From the NCBI GenBank assembly GCA_964652895.1, contig CAZZCH010000007.1, forward strand, positions 1 to 63,148: DNA of 63,148 nt, in the 5' to 3' direction. The DNA comes from an uncultured Eubacteriales bacterium. GTDB taxonomy: Bacteria > Acidobacteriota > Aminicenantia > Aminicenantales > Saccharicenantaceae. This document shows, in pieces, positions 1-10,828 of this stretch. The position numbers and the translations under genes were made by a program. The notes under the pieces were generated by a model. It saw only the letters and a list, made by a program, of their open reading frames with translations, was not told the origin of the DNA and did no database searches. Positions within the stretch are counted from its first letter, which is position 1. Every line of letters starts with the position of its first letter.

Positions 1-882
1 CACCATGGAGACGGCGGACAACCCCATGATGATCCAGAAGGCGGGGTGCTCCTTGAGGCCGAAGGGCAACGACACGTTCATGGAGAACACCGAGACGACG
101 AACGTCGGGACCATGATGGAGATGGTGATGATGTTCAGGGTCTTCATCAGGACGTTGAGGTTGTTGCTGACGATGGAAGCCCGGGCATCCATGAGGCTGG
201 CCAGGATGTTGGAAAAAACCTCGGCCTGGCGGTAGCATTGGTTGTTCTCGATGACGATGTCGTCGAGGAGCTCCATTTCCTCCTGGGTGAACCCGAACCT
301 CGTGGCGTTGTGCCGGATCTTGTCGATCAGGGCCCCGTTGGAGTTGACGGCGTTCTGGTAGTAGACGAGGCTTTTCTGCAGGGCGAAGAGGTTGATGAGA
401 TACTTGTTCTCCATGGCCTTGTTGATCTTCTGCTCGACGTCGTCGACGATCGTGTTGATGATGCGCAGGTGCTCGGTGAAGTGGAAGATCGCCCGGTAGA
501 TGAGCCGGATCATCAGATCCCGGACCGAGGCCACCTTGGCCAGCTGCTTTCCCTCGAACAGGTTCGAGTCCTCGGCCGCGACGAGAATGAGAAGGTTCTC
601 GAAATAGAAGACGCCCATCGTCGAGGCCTTGAAAAGAAGCTGGTCGTCACCAGAATAGTTCTTGGGCCGCTTGTAGATGAAGGCGATGTGGTTCGGCTCG
701 CACTCGAGACGGGCCTGTTCGTCCGGGTCGAGGGCGGAATTGAGGGTGTGCTCGTCGATCTGGTAGTCGTCGACGAGGCAGCGTTTTTCGGCCTCGTCGG
801 GATTGACGAAGAGCAGCACCGGGGCTTTCTCGTCGGTCGTCTCGGCGATCTTGGAGTTTTCGATCTGGTAGCGTCTGAGCAT
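1..882 (-). CDS. corA: CorA-family Mg2+/Co2+ transporter (3' end runs off the window)
   Basis: Not in the ORF track; read manually. ATG at 882 with AGGAG RBS, MLRRYQIENSK...; C-terminal ILASLMDARASIVSNNLNVLMKTLNIITISIMVPTFVVSVFSMNV (GMN-like loop reads SMN) followed by a second TM helix. Confidence 0.85.
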   Translation of the reverse strand, partial: MLRRYQIENSKIAETTDEKAPVLLFVNPDEAEKRCLVDDYQIDEHTLNSALDPDEQARLECEPNHIAFIYKRPKNYSGDDQLLFKASTMGVFYFENLLILVAAEDSNLFEGKQLAKVASVRDLMIRLIYRAIFHFTEHLRIINTIVDDVEQKINKAMENKYLINLFALQKSLVYYQNAVNSNGALIDKIRHNATRFGFTQEEMELLDDIVIENNQCYRQAEVFSNILASLMDARASIVSNNLNVLMKTLNIITISIMVPTFVVSVFSMNVSLPFGLKEHPAFWIIMGLSAVSMV

Positions 883-977
883 CGACAGACTCCTTTCGGC
901 ACGATTCAAACGTCCCGGTAATAATTATGCTTCCGCCGCACGGGAAAGGGCAAGCGGATTCGTCTTGTTACGCGGGT

Positions 978-2738
978 CTATTCGAGCTTGACCGTCTTGG
1001 TGAGCTTGCCGCCATGCCGAGATTCGTAGCGGAGCGTCACCTCGCCCTTCCCTTCGATCAGGAACTGGTATTCGACCTTGCCGAAGCCGGGGACGACGAG
1101 GAACTGGATCGCGGGCTTGTCCTTTTTGTATGTGACCTGGTCGCGGTAAGGATCGACGAGGAGGCCGCCGGCGACCACCCTGGCCCCGGCCCCCGTCACC
1201 TTGAGTATGTCCTTGGGATAGAGGTTGGCCTTCTGTGCGAGGTAGCTCATCGTCGGCATGGCCTTGGGATTGGCCAGGCGCGTCCGGACCCGGTAGAGGT
1301 TTTCTCCGAGCGCCTTGACCTCGGTGACCTCGAGGGCGACCTCGGGCACGTGCTTGGCCGTGAAGAGGACAGCCATGGCGTTGCGGTGGACCAAGTCCTT
1401 GATCATGAACGGCGCGCCCAGCCGGGAGCTCATCTTGACCCAGCCGCCGATCTCGACATCGCCGTAATCCGGGTGCTTGAAGGGCTTCCAGGGCTTGTAG
1501 AGGTCGCCCTGGACGACGTTGTCGCTGAACTTGAGCCGGTCGCGCTCCGTGACGCTGCCGGATAAGAGGCTTTGTAGACCTCCGCCGGAGGACGATTCTC
1601 CAGCGGGCTTCTCCGAAACTCCCTTGAAGGCCTCCGAGTCGCTCTGGAAGACCTCGGCGCAGTAGAAATAGGCGCCCATCATCTGGGTGATCCATTCTCC
1701 GGAATCGCCGTAGGTCGTGTAGAGGTCCTTCCATGAGATCATGTAGCGGTAGCCGGGGATGATCCGCTCGCCCTGCTTGCCGAGGTAGTCGTAGACCGCG
1801 ATGTCCTGCGGCGGGTACTCGCCGAGCCCTTTCCGGCTGGGGCCGCGGAGGAGCATGCCCCCGTTGTTGTGGAAGGACCAGGCGAAGACAATGTTGGTCT
1901 TGGCCATCGTCCACTCGGCCAGGGCCTTGAGCCCGACCCCGGCAAAGGGGTAATCGCCGGAACCACTCTGGACGTACGAAGGCGCCCAGTCGAAGCCCCA
2001 GTTCCGGTTGGGGTCGACATAGCCCGGTCCGTCCTCGTTGACCAGGCCATCGCCGTCGTTGTCGAGGCCTTCGTCCCCGAGCAGGGTCCACTCGCCTTTC
2101 TCCCCGGGCTTGATGCGGACCATCAGGCGCGGGTCCTCCGGGTCCGTTTTAAACTGGCCGAAGGGGTCTTTCTTGCGCATCGTGCAGATGTTGCCGTCGC
2201 CGTCGAGGTCGTCATCGGGGTCTTCGTCGACAAGGCCGTCCCTGTCGTCGTCGACAGGAATCCGCAGGCCGCGGTTGCTGTCCGGGGAATTGGCGTCGGC
2301 GAAGAAATGATACCGGCCGTCGGCGTTGACGACGGGGATGACGTAGAAGCAGGTCTTGTCCACGATGTTCGTCATCTCCGGGTTCTTGCCGTAATTGCCG
2401 AGCATGTAGTCGAGGAGGTAGAGCGAGATGTCGCCCCCCTGGATCTCGTTGCCGTGGATGTTCCCATCGACATAGATCGCGGGCTTGTCCAGGGCGGCGC
2501 CCGTCTTGGGGTTGTTCACTGTCATGGCCATGATGGGCCGCCCCTCATCGCTCTTGCCGACCGTCTCGAGGGTCGTCAGCTGGGGGTAGGCCTTGTTGAG
2601 CGCCCGGAGGGCTTCATAAACTTTGTCCAGGGAATAATACTGGTCGAACCTCAAGGGGACCGTGATCTCGGACTTCTGCGCGGGGAGGGTCGACGCGAAG
2701 AGCATGAGGATGAGAATGAAACCGGGAATCTTTTTCAC
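978..2738 (-). CDS. Secreted M14 zinc carboxypeptidase-family protein
   Basis: Signal peptide; GNIHGNE (HxxE), PVVNADG, DPNRNW, SFHN motifs; DxDxDG Ca-binding repeats. Confidence 0.85.
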   Translation of the reverse strand: MKKIPGFILILMLFASTLPAQKSEITVPLRFDQYYSLDKVYEALRALNKAYPQLTTLETVGKSDEGRPIMAMTVNNPKTGAALDKPAIYVDGNIHGNEIQGGDISLYLLDYMLGNYGKNPEMTNIVDKTCFYVIPVVNADGRYHFFADANSPDSNRGLRIPVDDDRDGLVDEDPDDDLDGDGNICTMRKKDPFGQFKTDPEDPRLMVRIKPGEKGEWTLLGDEGLDNDGDGLVNEDGPGYVDPNRNWGFDWAPSYVQSGSGDYPFAGVGLKALAEWTMAKTNIVFAWSFHNNGGMLLRGPSRKGLGEYPPQDIAVYDYLGKQGERIIPGYRYMISWKDLYTTYGDSGEWITQMMGAYFYCAEVFQSDSEAFKGVSEKPAGESSSGGGLQSLLSGSVTERDRLKFSDNVVQGDLYKPWKPFKHPDYGDVEIGGWVKMSSRLGAPFMIKDLVHRNAMAVLFTAKHVPEVALEVTEVKALGENLYRVRTRLANPKAMPTMSYLAQKANLYPKDILKVTGAGARVVAGGLLVDPYRDQVTYKKDKPAIQFLVVPGFGKVEYQFLIEGKGEVTLRYESRHGGKLTKTVKLE

Positions 2739-4762
2739 TTGGCACCTCCCAGGTCGACCACGCGGGAATCGCTCCAGGCGATTCTCGTCTCCGCCTTGAT
2801 CTCGACTTTGACGGGTTTGCCGGCCCGGACGATCCAGGTCACCGGCTGGGAGCCGTGGGCCGGCACGGCCGCGACGAGGCTCCTCTTTTTGCCTTGGACG
2901 ATCTCGAAGCCCTGGCCGCCGAGAGTGACGATGACGGGCAGGACGCGTTCGTTGCGCCGGCCCATCGCCGTCGGGTAGGGCAGGCCGCCCGTGTTCTCGA
3001 CCCAGACCTTGACTTCGTAGACACCGGCGCCCAGCCGCTTGACCGAAGTGTCGGCGATCTTGATCCGGGCCATCTTCTTGGCGATCTCAAAGACCCAGGG
3101 GACCTGGCCCTTAAGCAGGCCGTCGATCATCTTGGCCGGAGGGGTGTTATCGGTGAACGGCACGGCGCCGCCGATCTCGACGTCGCCGAGGGTCGGGTGC
3201 TTGAAGGGTTTCCAGGCGACGAACCCTTTTCCGCCGAGCTCCTTGTCGCTCCAGGCGAGCAGGGCTTTCTCCTTGGGGTCGGCCCCCTCCTCGCTCGGCT
3301 TCTTGGGCATCTGCTTCAGCATCTCGGCCATCTTCTTGGTATCCATCATGCCGCCCTTGAGGGCCTCGATGATCTGCTTGGCCTTGAACTGGTCGGGCGC
3401 GCCGGAGGCCTTGAGGAAGGCATCGATCTTCTCCTCGCCCAGGGCGACGAACTCGTCGTTGGTCATCTTCTCGAGCTTTTCGGGCGTGATCTCGTCGGCC
3501 GCCTTCTCCTCCTTGACCTCGGGCAGCGTCCAGAAGTCCATGGCGAAGGAGGGCAGGCCGAGATGGTAGTAGGCCCAGAGCTCGAAGGACCCGTCCTTGT
3601 CGGGGGCCGGGTCGAGGCGCTTGCCGTCGAGTTTCGCGGCCTTCAGGAACTCCTTGTACTTTTCGGAAAGCTCCTTGTAGAACTTGAGGTCGTCATCGAG
3701 GGGGTTGACGACCGCCCCGAGGCCGAGGAAGCTGCCGATCATCGCCTCGGTGACCTCCATGCCGGGCGGGACGAGCGGCTTGACCATGTCCATGACCTCG
3801 GCGATGGTGTAGGTCCTGTTCGGGTCGGCGTTGAGGAATCCGGCGAAATTCTCAGGGATCTTGATCTGGTTGAGGTCGGCCTCCCCTTTCCGGCCGCCGC
3901 GCGGCGGGGCCAGGCAGAAGTTCGCTTCGCCGAAGGCGAACGCCAGGCCGACTTCCCGATGCAGGTCGAAGAACTGCAGCAGGGCGAAGGTCTCCGGTTC
4001 GCTTCCGGACCAGGCGCCGGAATCGGGGGCGTGGAATTTGAAGAGATGGGGGAAGGCCGTGCCGAGGTTGACGCCGCCGGGCCCGTCCTCGTTGAACTGG
4101 CCGTCGCCGTCGTTATCGAGGCCCTCGGGGAGGAGTTTCCAGATCCCTTTCTCGCCCTTGGCCCAGTCGGCTTTCTTCATGAGCCGCGGATCGACGGGGA
4201 CGGCGATCCATGCTCCCTCGGGATCCTTGACGCGCATCTGGGTGATGAGGCCGTCGCCGTCGAGGTCGTCGGCCCCGTCCTCGTCGACCTGGTCGTCCTG
4301 ATCGTCGTTGTGGGGTCGGGCGTTGCGCGCGTCGAAGCGCAGGGGCCGGCCGAAGTAGACCGCCGCGGCGTCCGGATTGCCGCAGGCGAGGATGTACCAG
4401 GTCCGGTCGGAACGCATATCGGCTTTTGCGCAGACGAGCTTGGCCAAATACAGGGCCGCCTCGGAGGAGATGGGCACGGTCCCTTCCATGTTGGCCGCGA
4501 TGAAGACGGCGGGAAGAGTTTTCGTCGTCATGGCCGTCTCGGGGCCGACCTCGAGCAGGACGAGCTCGCGGCCGCCGGGGCTCTTGGCCAGGATGTGGAC
4601 CTTGGCGAAGCCGGGGTTGGCCCGGGCCAGGTCCTGGGCCGCCGTGGCCAGTTCCTCGGGCTTATGGTAGCGGTCGAAGGTCAGGTCGGCCGCGGCGAGC
4701 GGGCCCAGGGTGAGACATAAAATGAAGGGGATCAGGAAGCTTGCGGATCGGCGAAGGGTCAC
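2735..4762 (-). CDS. Secreted M14-like protein lacking zinc ligands (probable pseudo-peptidase)
   Basis: Collinear paralogue of 978..2738 (YHKP, GNPD, DLDGDG, WKPFKHP..G.VEIGG); HxxE replaced by EGTV and the third His ligand absent; 4-bp overlap with the downstream gene. Confidence 0.75.
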   Translation of the reverse strand: MTLRRSASFLIPFILCLTLGPLAAADLTFDRYHKPEELATAAQDLARANPGFAKVHILAKSPGGRELVLLEVGPETAMTTKTLPAVFIAANMEGTVPISSEAALYLAKLVCAKADMRSDRTWYILACGNPDAAAVYFGRPLRFDARNARPHNDDQDDQVDEDGADDLDGDGLITQMRVKDPEGAWIAVPVDPRLMKKADWAKGEKGIWKLLPEGLDNDGDGQFNEDGPGGVNLGTAFPHLFKFHAPDSGAWSGSEPETFALLQFFDLHREVGLAFAFGEANFCLAPPRGGRKGEADLNQIKIPENFAGFLNADPNRTYTIAEVMDMVKPLVPPGMEVTEAMIGSFLGLGAVVNPLDDDLKFYKELSEKYKEFLKAAKLDGKRLDPAPDKDGSFELWAYYHLGLPSFAMDFWTLPEVKEEKAADEITPEKLEKMTNDEFVALGEEKIDAFLKASGAPDQFKAKQIIEALKGGMMDTKKMAEMLKQMPKKPSEEGADPKEKALLAWSDKELGGKGFVAWKPFKHPTLGDVEIGGAVPFTDNTPPAKMIDGLLKGQVPWVFEIAKKMARIKIADTSVKRLGAGVYEVKVWVENTGGLPYPTAMGRRNERVLPVIVTLGGQGFEIVQGKKRSLVAAVPAHGSQPVTWIVRAGKPVKVEIKAETRIAWSDSRVVDLGGAK

Positions 4763-5084
4763 GTAACGGTACCTCCACTCAATAAGGTAGGATCGGGCCG
4801 CACTCGGCGAGGGTCGGATGAAAGCCCGGAGCCATCATTTTCGCAAAATAGCCGCACAAAATCAACGCGCGAGTCTTGCCTTCTTATATACGAAGCCCCG
4901 CCAGCGAAGGTTCCTGTCCTCCTTCGCCCTCCTCCGGGCATCGCCGGCAGAGTCGTCATTCTGGCAGGCCTCGATATCCCGGCGCGCCCACAGCATGGCG
5001 GCACTCCTTCGGTCCTGTCCATCCGTGAGCGCTTGGCCGATCTCGGTTTCAATGAATCCTTCTCCCCCTTCGTCTCGATCCGCG

Positions 5085-5200
5085 GCCGCTCCGGAGTGGG
5101 GATGGACTTCCGTGTCCCCCTCGAGCAGGACATCCTCTTAACCGGAGAGGGCACGGTCTACCTCGATGGCCGGCAGACGGCGTTCCATCTCATTAAATAA
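5085..5200 (+). pseudogene. C-terminal remnant of an M24/Xaa-Pro aminopeptidase-like gene
   Basis: PEWG, frameshift, then MDFRVPLEQDILLTGEGTVYLDGRQTAFHLIK*, resembling the family C-terminus; no upstream gene body. Confidence 0.45.
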
Positions 5201-5290
5201 GAACCGACAAAGGCCGGCTTCCAGCAGGGATTCGTCCGACTAAATCGATGGCGCAGTCGGTCAAGGCGCCCCGGGATCGGAAGGAGACCC

Positions 5291-5923
5291 ATGATGAAAA
5301 GAAAGCACTTGATCTGGCTTGTCACCCTCGCAACGGTCGTCGGCTGCGCCGGCAATAAGTACACGATCGTCCCGCCCGCCGTCGACCTCACGGGCTATGA
5401 AACGGTCGGGCTTGTCACCTTCAAGGTCGAGAACGCCAAGGGCGATCTCGACAGCCTGGCGACACAGCTCTTCCTCCAGGAAGTCACAGCGGCCCAGCGC
5501 GTTCCGGTCGTCGAACTCGGGCGCTCCGACGAGGTCCTGGCCGGGATCGGGAAGACGGCCTTCAACCGCGAGGCCGCCCTGGCCATCGGCGAGAAGCACG
5601 GGGTCGAGGCCTTTTTCCTGGGCGAGATAAAAATATCCAAGGTCAAACCGCAGGTGGACCTGCTCGCGCCGCTGAGCAAAGCCCTGTTCGTCCGGGCCAA
5701 ATTCGACATCGCCGTGACGGCCCGGCTCGTGTCCGCCCCGAACAGCGCGATGCTTTGGACGCAATCCAGCGTCCGGGAGGGGACGGTCGGCGCGCTCGGC
5801 ATGGGCGCGGACGGCGTCCCGACCTTCGGCATGCAAAACAAGAACGAAGCCATGAGCAACCTGCTGCGGGAGATGATGTTCCAGATGACCTGGGAATTCC
5901 GGCCGTCGCGCCGGCGCTTGTAG
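5291..5923 (+). CDS. Lipoprotein, possibly CsgG/LpoB-like fold
   Basis: AAGGAG RBS; lipobox VVGC; alpha/beta pattern ending in ARLV...MLW. Confidence 0.65.
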   Translation: MMKRKHLIWLVTLATVVGCAGNKYTIVPPAVDLTGYETVGLVTFKVENAKGDLDSLATQLFLQEVTAAQRVPVVELGRSDEVLAGIGKTAFNREAALAIGEKHGVEAFFLGEIKISKVKPQVDLLAPLSKALFVRAKFDIAVTARLVSAPNSAMLWTQSSVREGTVGALGMGADGVPTFGMQNKNEAMSNLLREMMFQMTWEFRPSRRRL

Positions 5924-6058
5924 GCCCAAGCCAGTCCCTTCGCCCGCTATATCGTTCCCTTTCCCACCCCGAAGCATTGCCTTGTGCTGCGGAATAAACA
6001 ACTTGCTTGTTGATATGCGTAATCATAAGATAATATCTCCATTCTGCGGGGAGATTTG

Positions 6059-8038
6059 ATGGAACAAGCACAACTAGCATGGATTGCCAATTTCATATGG
6101 GGAATCGCCGATGACGTGCTCCGCGACCTTTATGTCCGGGGCAAGTACCGTGACGTCATCCTGCCAATGACCGTTTTGCGCCGGCTCGATGCTGTCTTGG
6201 AGCCCACCAAGCCGGCCGTCCTGGACATGAAAGCATCCCTCGACAAAGCGGGGGTCGTGCACCAGGACCAGGCGCTCCCTCAGGCGGCGGGACAGGCCTT
6301 TTACAACATTTCGAAGTTTACTCTTCGCGACCTTCGCGCCCGGGCCAGCCAGCAGCAACTCAAGGCCGACTTCGAAGCCTATCTCGATGGTTTTTCGCCC
6401 AACGTGCAGGAGATTCTAGAGAATTTTGAGTTCCGAAACCAGATACAAAGGCTCTCCAAAGCTGACGCTATTGGGACCCTCATAGAGAAGTTCCTCGATC
6501 CCTCGATCAATCTGAGCCCGTACCCCGTGCGCGCCGCCGACGGTTCTGTGCGCCTCCCCGGCCTCGACAACCACGGTATGGGCACGATCTTCGAAGAGCT
6601 GGTTCGCCGCTTCAACGAGGAAAACAACGAAGAAGCAGGCGAACACTGGACGCCACGCGACGCCGTGAAGCTCATGGCTCGACTCATTTTCCTGCCCATT
6701 GCCGGGGAGATCGAGTCCGGCACCTATCTCATCTACGACGGAGCCTGCGGCACCGGCGGCATGCTGACGGTGGCCGAGGACACACTCCAGAAGCTCGCCA
6801 AGGATCACAATAAGCAGGTCGCCACCCACCTCTACGGTCAAGAAATCAACGCCGAAACCTACGCCATCTGTAAGGCCGATCTCCTGCTCAAGGGCGAGGG
6901 AGAAGCGGCAGACAACATCGTCGGTGGTCCGGAACATTCAACATTGACGAACGACGCTTTTCCCTCCCGCGAGTTCGATTTCATGCTCTCCAATCCGCCC
7001 TACGGCAAGAGCTGGAAGAGCGACCTCGAGCGAATGGGAGGAAAGGATGGAATCAAGGACCCGCGTTTCTTGATCGAACACGACGGCAATCCCGAATTTT
7101 CGCTGATCACGCGCTCGAGTGATGGCCAGATGCTGTTCCTGGCCAACATGTTGAGCAAGATGAAGCACGGCTCGAAACTTGGCAGCCGCGTCGCCGAAGT
7201 CCACAACGGCTCATCTCTCTTCACCGGCGACGCGGGCCAGGGAGAAAGCAATATCCGGCGTTGGATCATCGAGAAAGATTGGCTGGATGCTATCGTCGCT
7301 CTCCCGCTCAACATGTTCTATAACACCGGTATCGCAACCTACATCTGGGTAATCAGCAATCACAAGCCGGCACATCGCAAAGGCAAGGTCCAGCTTATTG
7401 ATGCCACGCAATGGTTCAAGCCCCTGCGTAAAAACCTGGGTAAGAAGAACTGCGAGCTGAGCGAAGAGGACATCGCCCGTATCTGCGATACCTTCCTTAA
7501 GTTCGAGGAAACAGAGCAGTCGAAGATCTTCCAGAATTCTGCCTTCGGATACCAAAAAGTGACAGTAGAAAGGCCCCTGCGGCTCAAGGGCATCGATACC
7601 AGCCGCTCCTACAGCCCCAAAGAGATTAAGGCCCTCAAGGAAACCGCCGGGCGGGCTGAAACGGCGTCGCCAGTCATCAAGAAAATATACAAGCGAGGCA
7701 CAGCGCCCAATCCCGTTCGCGGCTTATTCGAGGTCCCCATTAACGGCAAGCCGGCTGTAGTCGAGTATGAGCCCGATATCGACCTTCGCGATACCGAGCA
7801 AGTACCGCTGCTCGAAGACGGCGGCATCGAGACCTTCCTCCGCCGCGAAGTCTTGCCGCATGTCCCCGACGCCTGGTACGACCCCGACAGCATCAAGATA
7901 GGTTATGAGGTCAGTTTCACTCGCCATTTCTACAAACCTCAACCCCTGCGGACGCTAGAGGAGATCCGCGCCGATATCCTAGCGCTGGAGAAAGAGACCG
8001 AAGGCCTGTTGACGGAGATCCTAGAAGGAGAGAAATAA
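6059..8038 (+). CDS. hsdM: Type I R-M methyltransferase subunit
   Basis: [30 protein letters not shown] (motif I), NPPY (motif IV), FYNTGIATY. Confidence 0.97.
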   Translation: MEQAQLAWIANFIWGIADDVLRDLYVRGKYRDVILPMTVLRRLDAVLEPTKPAVLDMKASLDKAGVVHQDQALPQAAGQAFYNISKFTLRDLRARASQQQLKADFEAYLDGFSPNVQEILENFEFRNQIQRLSKADAIGTLIEKFLDPSINLSPYPVRAADGSVRLPGLDNHGMGTIFEELVRRFNEENNEEAGEHWTPRDAVKLMARLIFLPIAGEIESGTYLIYDGACGTGGMLTVAEDTLQKLAKDHNKQVATHLYGQEINAETYAICKADLLLKGEGEAADNIVGGPEHSTLTNDAFPSREFDFMLSNPPYGKSWKSDLERMGGKDGIKDPRFLIEHDGNPEFSLITRSSDGQMLFLANMLSKMKHGSKLGSRVAEVHNGSSLFTGDAGQGESNIRRWIIEKDWLDAIVALPLNMFYNTGIATYIWVISNHKPAHRKGKVQLIDATQWFKPLRKNLGKKNCELSEEDIARICDTFLKFEETEQSKIFQNSAFGYQKVTVERPLRLKGIDTSRSYSPKEIKALKETAGRAETASPVIKKIYKRGTAPNPVRGLFEVPINGKPAVVEYEPDIDLRDTEQVPLLEDGGIETFLRREVLPHVPDAWYDPDSIKIGYEVSFTRHFYKPQPLRTLEEIRADILALEKETEGLLTEILEGEK

Positions 8039-8039
8039 C

Positions 8040-9833
8040 GTGCCCACACAACGTTATGCCGTTACCCAACCGCACATCGAAACGCTCTTCGCCTGGATCA
8101 AGTCGGGCGAGATCGCCATCCCGGAAATCCAGCGTCCGTTCGTATGGGATGCCGTAAGGGTCAAAAAATTCCTGGACTCACTTTTCCAAGGGTTCCCTGT
8201 TGGTTATTTGATTGCCTGGCGTAACCATGATGTCAAGCTTAAGGATGGCACTTCTTCCAGCGGCAAAAGAATCCTTATCGACGGGCAGCAGCGCGTGACA
8301 TCTCTCATGGCGGCGCTCCTGGCTCAAGAGGTGATAAATAAGGATTATCGGCGTGTCCGCATTCGTATCGCATTCCACCCAATCAAAAAAGAGTTTGATG
8401 TCTCCAATCCTGCGATTGCCAAGGACCCTTTGTGGATTCCTGATATCGCAGTGGTTTTTGACCCGCAGACAAGCCTCTACGATCTTGTCACTGAATACTG
8501 TGGGCGGAATCCGGAAACTTCACAGCAGACGATTTCCAAGAGCCTTGAAGCTCTGAAAGGTATTACCAGCAACCAAATTGGGCTCATTGAGCTAGCCTCT
8601 GACCTGGATATTGAAACGGTCACGGAGATCTTCATTCGAGTGAACTCCGAAGGAGTTCCGCTGAGCCAAGCCGATTTTGCCATGTCAAAAATCGCGGTGA
8701 ACGAGACCTACGGCGGGAATATATTAAGAAAAGCGATCGATTACTTTTGCCATATGGCCGTAACCCCTGATTTCTATCGGACAGCGCAAGCAGACCCAGA
8801 ATTTGCCGCTAGTGAGTTCTTTCAATCGATGGGTTGGCTAAGGAACGAAAACGATGATTTATATGATCCAACTTATGGTGACCTCCTTCGTGTAGCCTTT
8901 ACGACCGAGTTTAAAAGAGGGAAGCTTCAAGATCTCGTGGCCCTGCTTTCCGGACGCAATTTCGAAACACAGCAATTTGAGGAGGCTATTGTTGAGGAGT
9001 CGTTCTCCTGCCTGAAGCGAGGCATCCTGCGATATATGAATGAAACCCATTTTAAGCGTTTCCTGATGATCCTTCGCTCGTGTGGGTTCGTGGATGCCTC
9101 GTTGATCGGCTCGCAAAATGTGTTGAACTTCGCCTATATCCTCTATCTTACCCTCCGCGATCAGAGCATTCCTGATGCGGACATCGAAAGAATAGTCCGA
9201 AGGTGGTATGCCTTGTCCGTTTTGACGGGGCGCTACAGTGGATCGCCCGAGACGGCTTTCGATTACGACATTCGTCAGGTTCATGCCCAAGGAGCCGAGA
9301 AATTTCTTGAAACCCTAATTCGGGGCGAGTTGTCCGACGCTTTCTGGAATACTTCCCTTCCTCAAGAGATGGAGACATCCTCGAGCATCAGCCCATATTT
9401 CCGGGCTTTTAAGGCTGCCCAAGTTAAGATGAACGATCATGGGTTTCTATCTCGAGACATTATGGTTCGAGAGCTTATCCAGCTTAAGGGAGATGAACAC
9501 CACATATTTCCCAGAGGCTTTTTGAAAAAAAATTCTCTTACAAAAGGACAATACAACCAAATAGCTAACTTCGCAGTTGCCCAAACCGAGATTAACATTT
9601 CCATTGGCGAAAAAGAGCCGAAAGTATATTTCGCCCAACTTTTAGAACAATGTAACGGTGGGAAAAAGCGTTATGGCAATATCGTTGATTTGAAGGGGCT
9701 ACGAGATAACCTCAGGTTGCATTGTATCCCCGATGAAATAACAGAGATGGGGATTAATGAATATCCCGATTTTCTCTCACTGCGCCGGAAATTGATGGCG
9801 CAGAAGATCAAGGTGTGGTTCGAGGGGCTATGA
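8040..9833 (+). CDS. DUF262 (GmrSD-like) protein with C-terminal HNH-like region
   Basis: [25 protein letters not shown] motifs; C-terminal DEHHIFP...N...N. Confidence 0.88.
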   Translation: MPTQRYAVTQPHIETLFAWIKSGEIAIPEIQRPFVWDAVRVKKFLDSLFQGFPVGYLIAWRNHDVKLKDGTSSSGKRILIDGQQRVTSLMAALLAQEVINKDYRRVRIRIAFHPIKKEFDVSNPAIAKDPLWIPDIAVVFDPQTSLYDLVTEYCGRNPETSQQTISKSLEALKGITSNQIGLIELASDLDIETVTEIFIRVNSEGVPLSQADFAMSKIAVNETYGGNILRKAIDYFCHMAVTPDFYRTAQADPEFAASEFFQSMGWLRNENDDLYDPTYGDLLRVAFTTEFKRGKLQDLVALLSGRNFETQQFEEAIVEESFSCLKRGILRYMNETHFKRFLMILRSCGFVDASLIGSQNVLNFAYILYLTLRDQSIPDADIERIVRRWYALSVLTGRYSGSPETAFDYDIRQVHAQGAEKFLETLIRGELSDAFWNTSLPQEMETSSSISPYFRAFKAAQVKMNDHGFLSRDIMVRELIQLKGDEHHIFPRGFLKKNSLTKGQYNQIANFAVAQTEINISIGEKEPKVYFAQLLEQCNGGKKRYGNIVDLKGLRDNLRLHCIPDEITEMGINEYPDFLSLRRKLMAQKIKVWFEGL

Positions 9834-9834
9834 C

Positions 9835-9888
9835 GTGCTTGGGGAACTAAGGCCATATCCCGCTTATTGAGACTCCGGCGTGCCGTAA
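9835..9888 (+). pseudogene. Decayed hsdS 5' end
   Basis: Translates VLGELRPYPAY*DSGVP*, matching the intact HsdS start FKPYPTYKYSSVPW. Confidence 0.7.
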
Positions 9889-9925
9889 ATGGATTATTGG
9901 AAGAGATTGTCTGAGAGAGGCAAGG

Positions 9926-10828
9926 ATGAGCAAACCCAAAAAGCCAACCATCGCAATTTGCTATGATTTTGATGGCACTTTGTCTCCTGGCAACATGCAA
10001 GAGTATGATTATATTCCACAACTGAGATTGAGCAGCAGGAAATTCTGGAAGGACGTACAAGCAAGAGTCCAGGATCAAAGAGCAGACGAAATTCTCTCTT
10101 ACATGTGCCTTATGCTGGAAAAGGCGACGCGTACAAGCGGCGTTAAGATTACAAGGAAGTCATTTGTTGATTTTGGTAAAACCGTCGTTCTTTTTCCTGG
10201 CGTCCCAGATTGGTTCAAGAGGATTAATACCTATGGAAATCGCTTGGGGGCAACCGTTCAACACTTTATCATCTCTTCGGGTATAAGGGAGATGATACAA
10301 GGTACTCTAATTGCGAAAAAATTTAAGCGTATTTATGCTTCGTCCTTTATGTTCGATCAGAACGGGGTGGCCTATTGGCCCGCTCTTGCACTCAACTTTA
10401 CGACGAAGACACAATTCCTCTTCCGTATAAATAAGGGAGTTTTGGATTCCTGGGACAACACCAGGATCAATGATTTCATTCCTATGGATAAAAGGCCGGT
10501 CCCATTCTCTCGGATTATTTATATTGGCGATGGTTCCACCGACATTCCTTGTATGAAATTAGTAAAGGAACAAGGAGGATACTCCATTGCTGTATATCCG
10601 CCGGGTTCTAAGAAAAAGGCTTCCGCAGAAAGATTATTGCATGAGGATCGCGTAATTTTCGTAGCTCCTGCAAACTACAGTACGGGACGTTCTCTTGACC
10701 TTCAAGTGAAGCTTATCATCGAAAAGATGATGGCAGAACATGCCCTCTTTAAGAGAGAGAAACATCCCGCGTCAGTTTCTTCGGCTTCCGGTCCGCAACG
10801 TGCCCCTCGCAAAAAAACCAGAACATAA
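9926..10828 (+). CDS. HAD-superfamily hydrolase
   Basis: Motif I YDFDGTL, motif II IISSG, K in TTKTQ, motif IV IGDGSTD; low GC; stop overlaps the hsdS start. Confidence 0.88.
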   Translation: MSKPKKPTIAICYDFDGTLSPGNMQEYDYIPQLRLSSRKFWKDVQARVQDQRADEILSYMCLMLEKATRTSGVKITRKSFVDFGKTVVLFPGVPDWFKRINTYGNRLGATVQHFIISSGIREMIQGTLIAKKFKRIYASSFMFDQNGVAYWPALALNFTTKTQFLFRINKGVLDSWDNTRINDFIPMDKRPVPFSRIIYIGDGSTDIPCMKLVKEQGGYSIAVYPPGSKKKASAERLLHEDRVIFVAPANYSTGRSLDLQVKLIIEKMMAEHALFKREKHPASVSSASGPQRAPRKKTRT

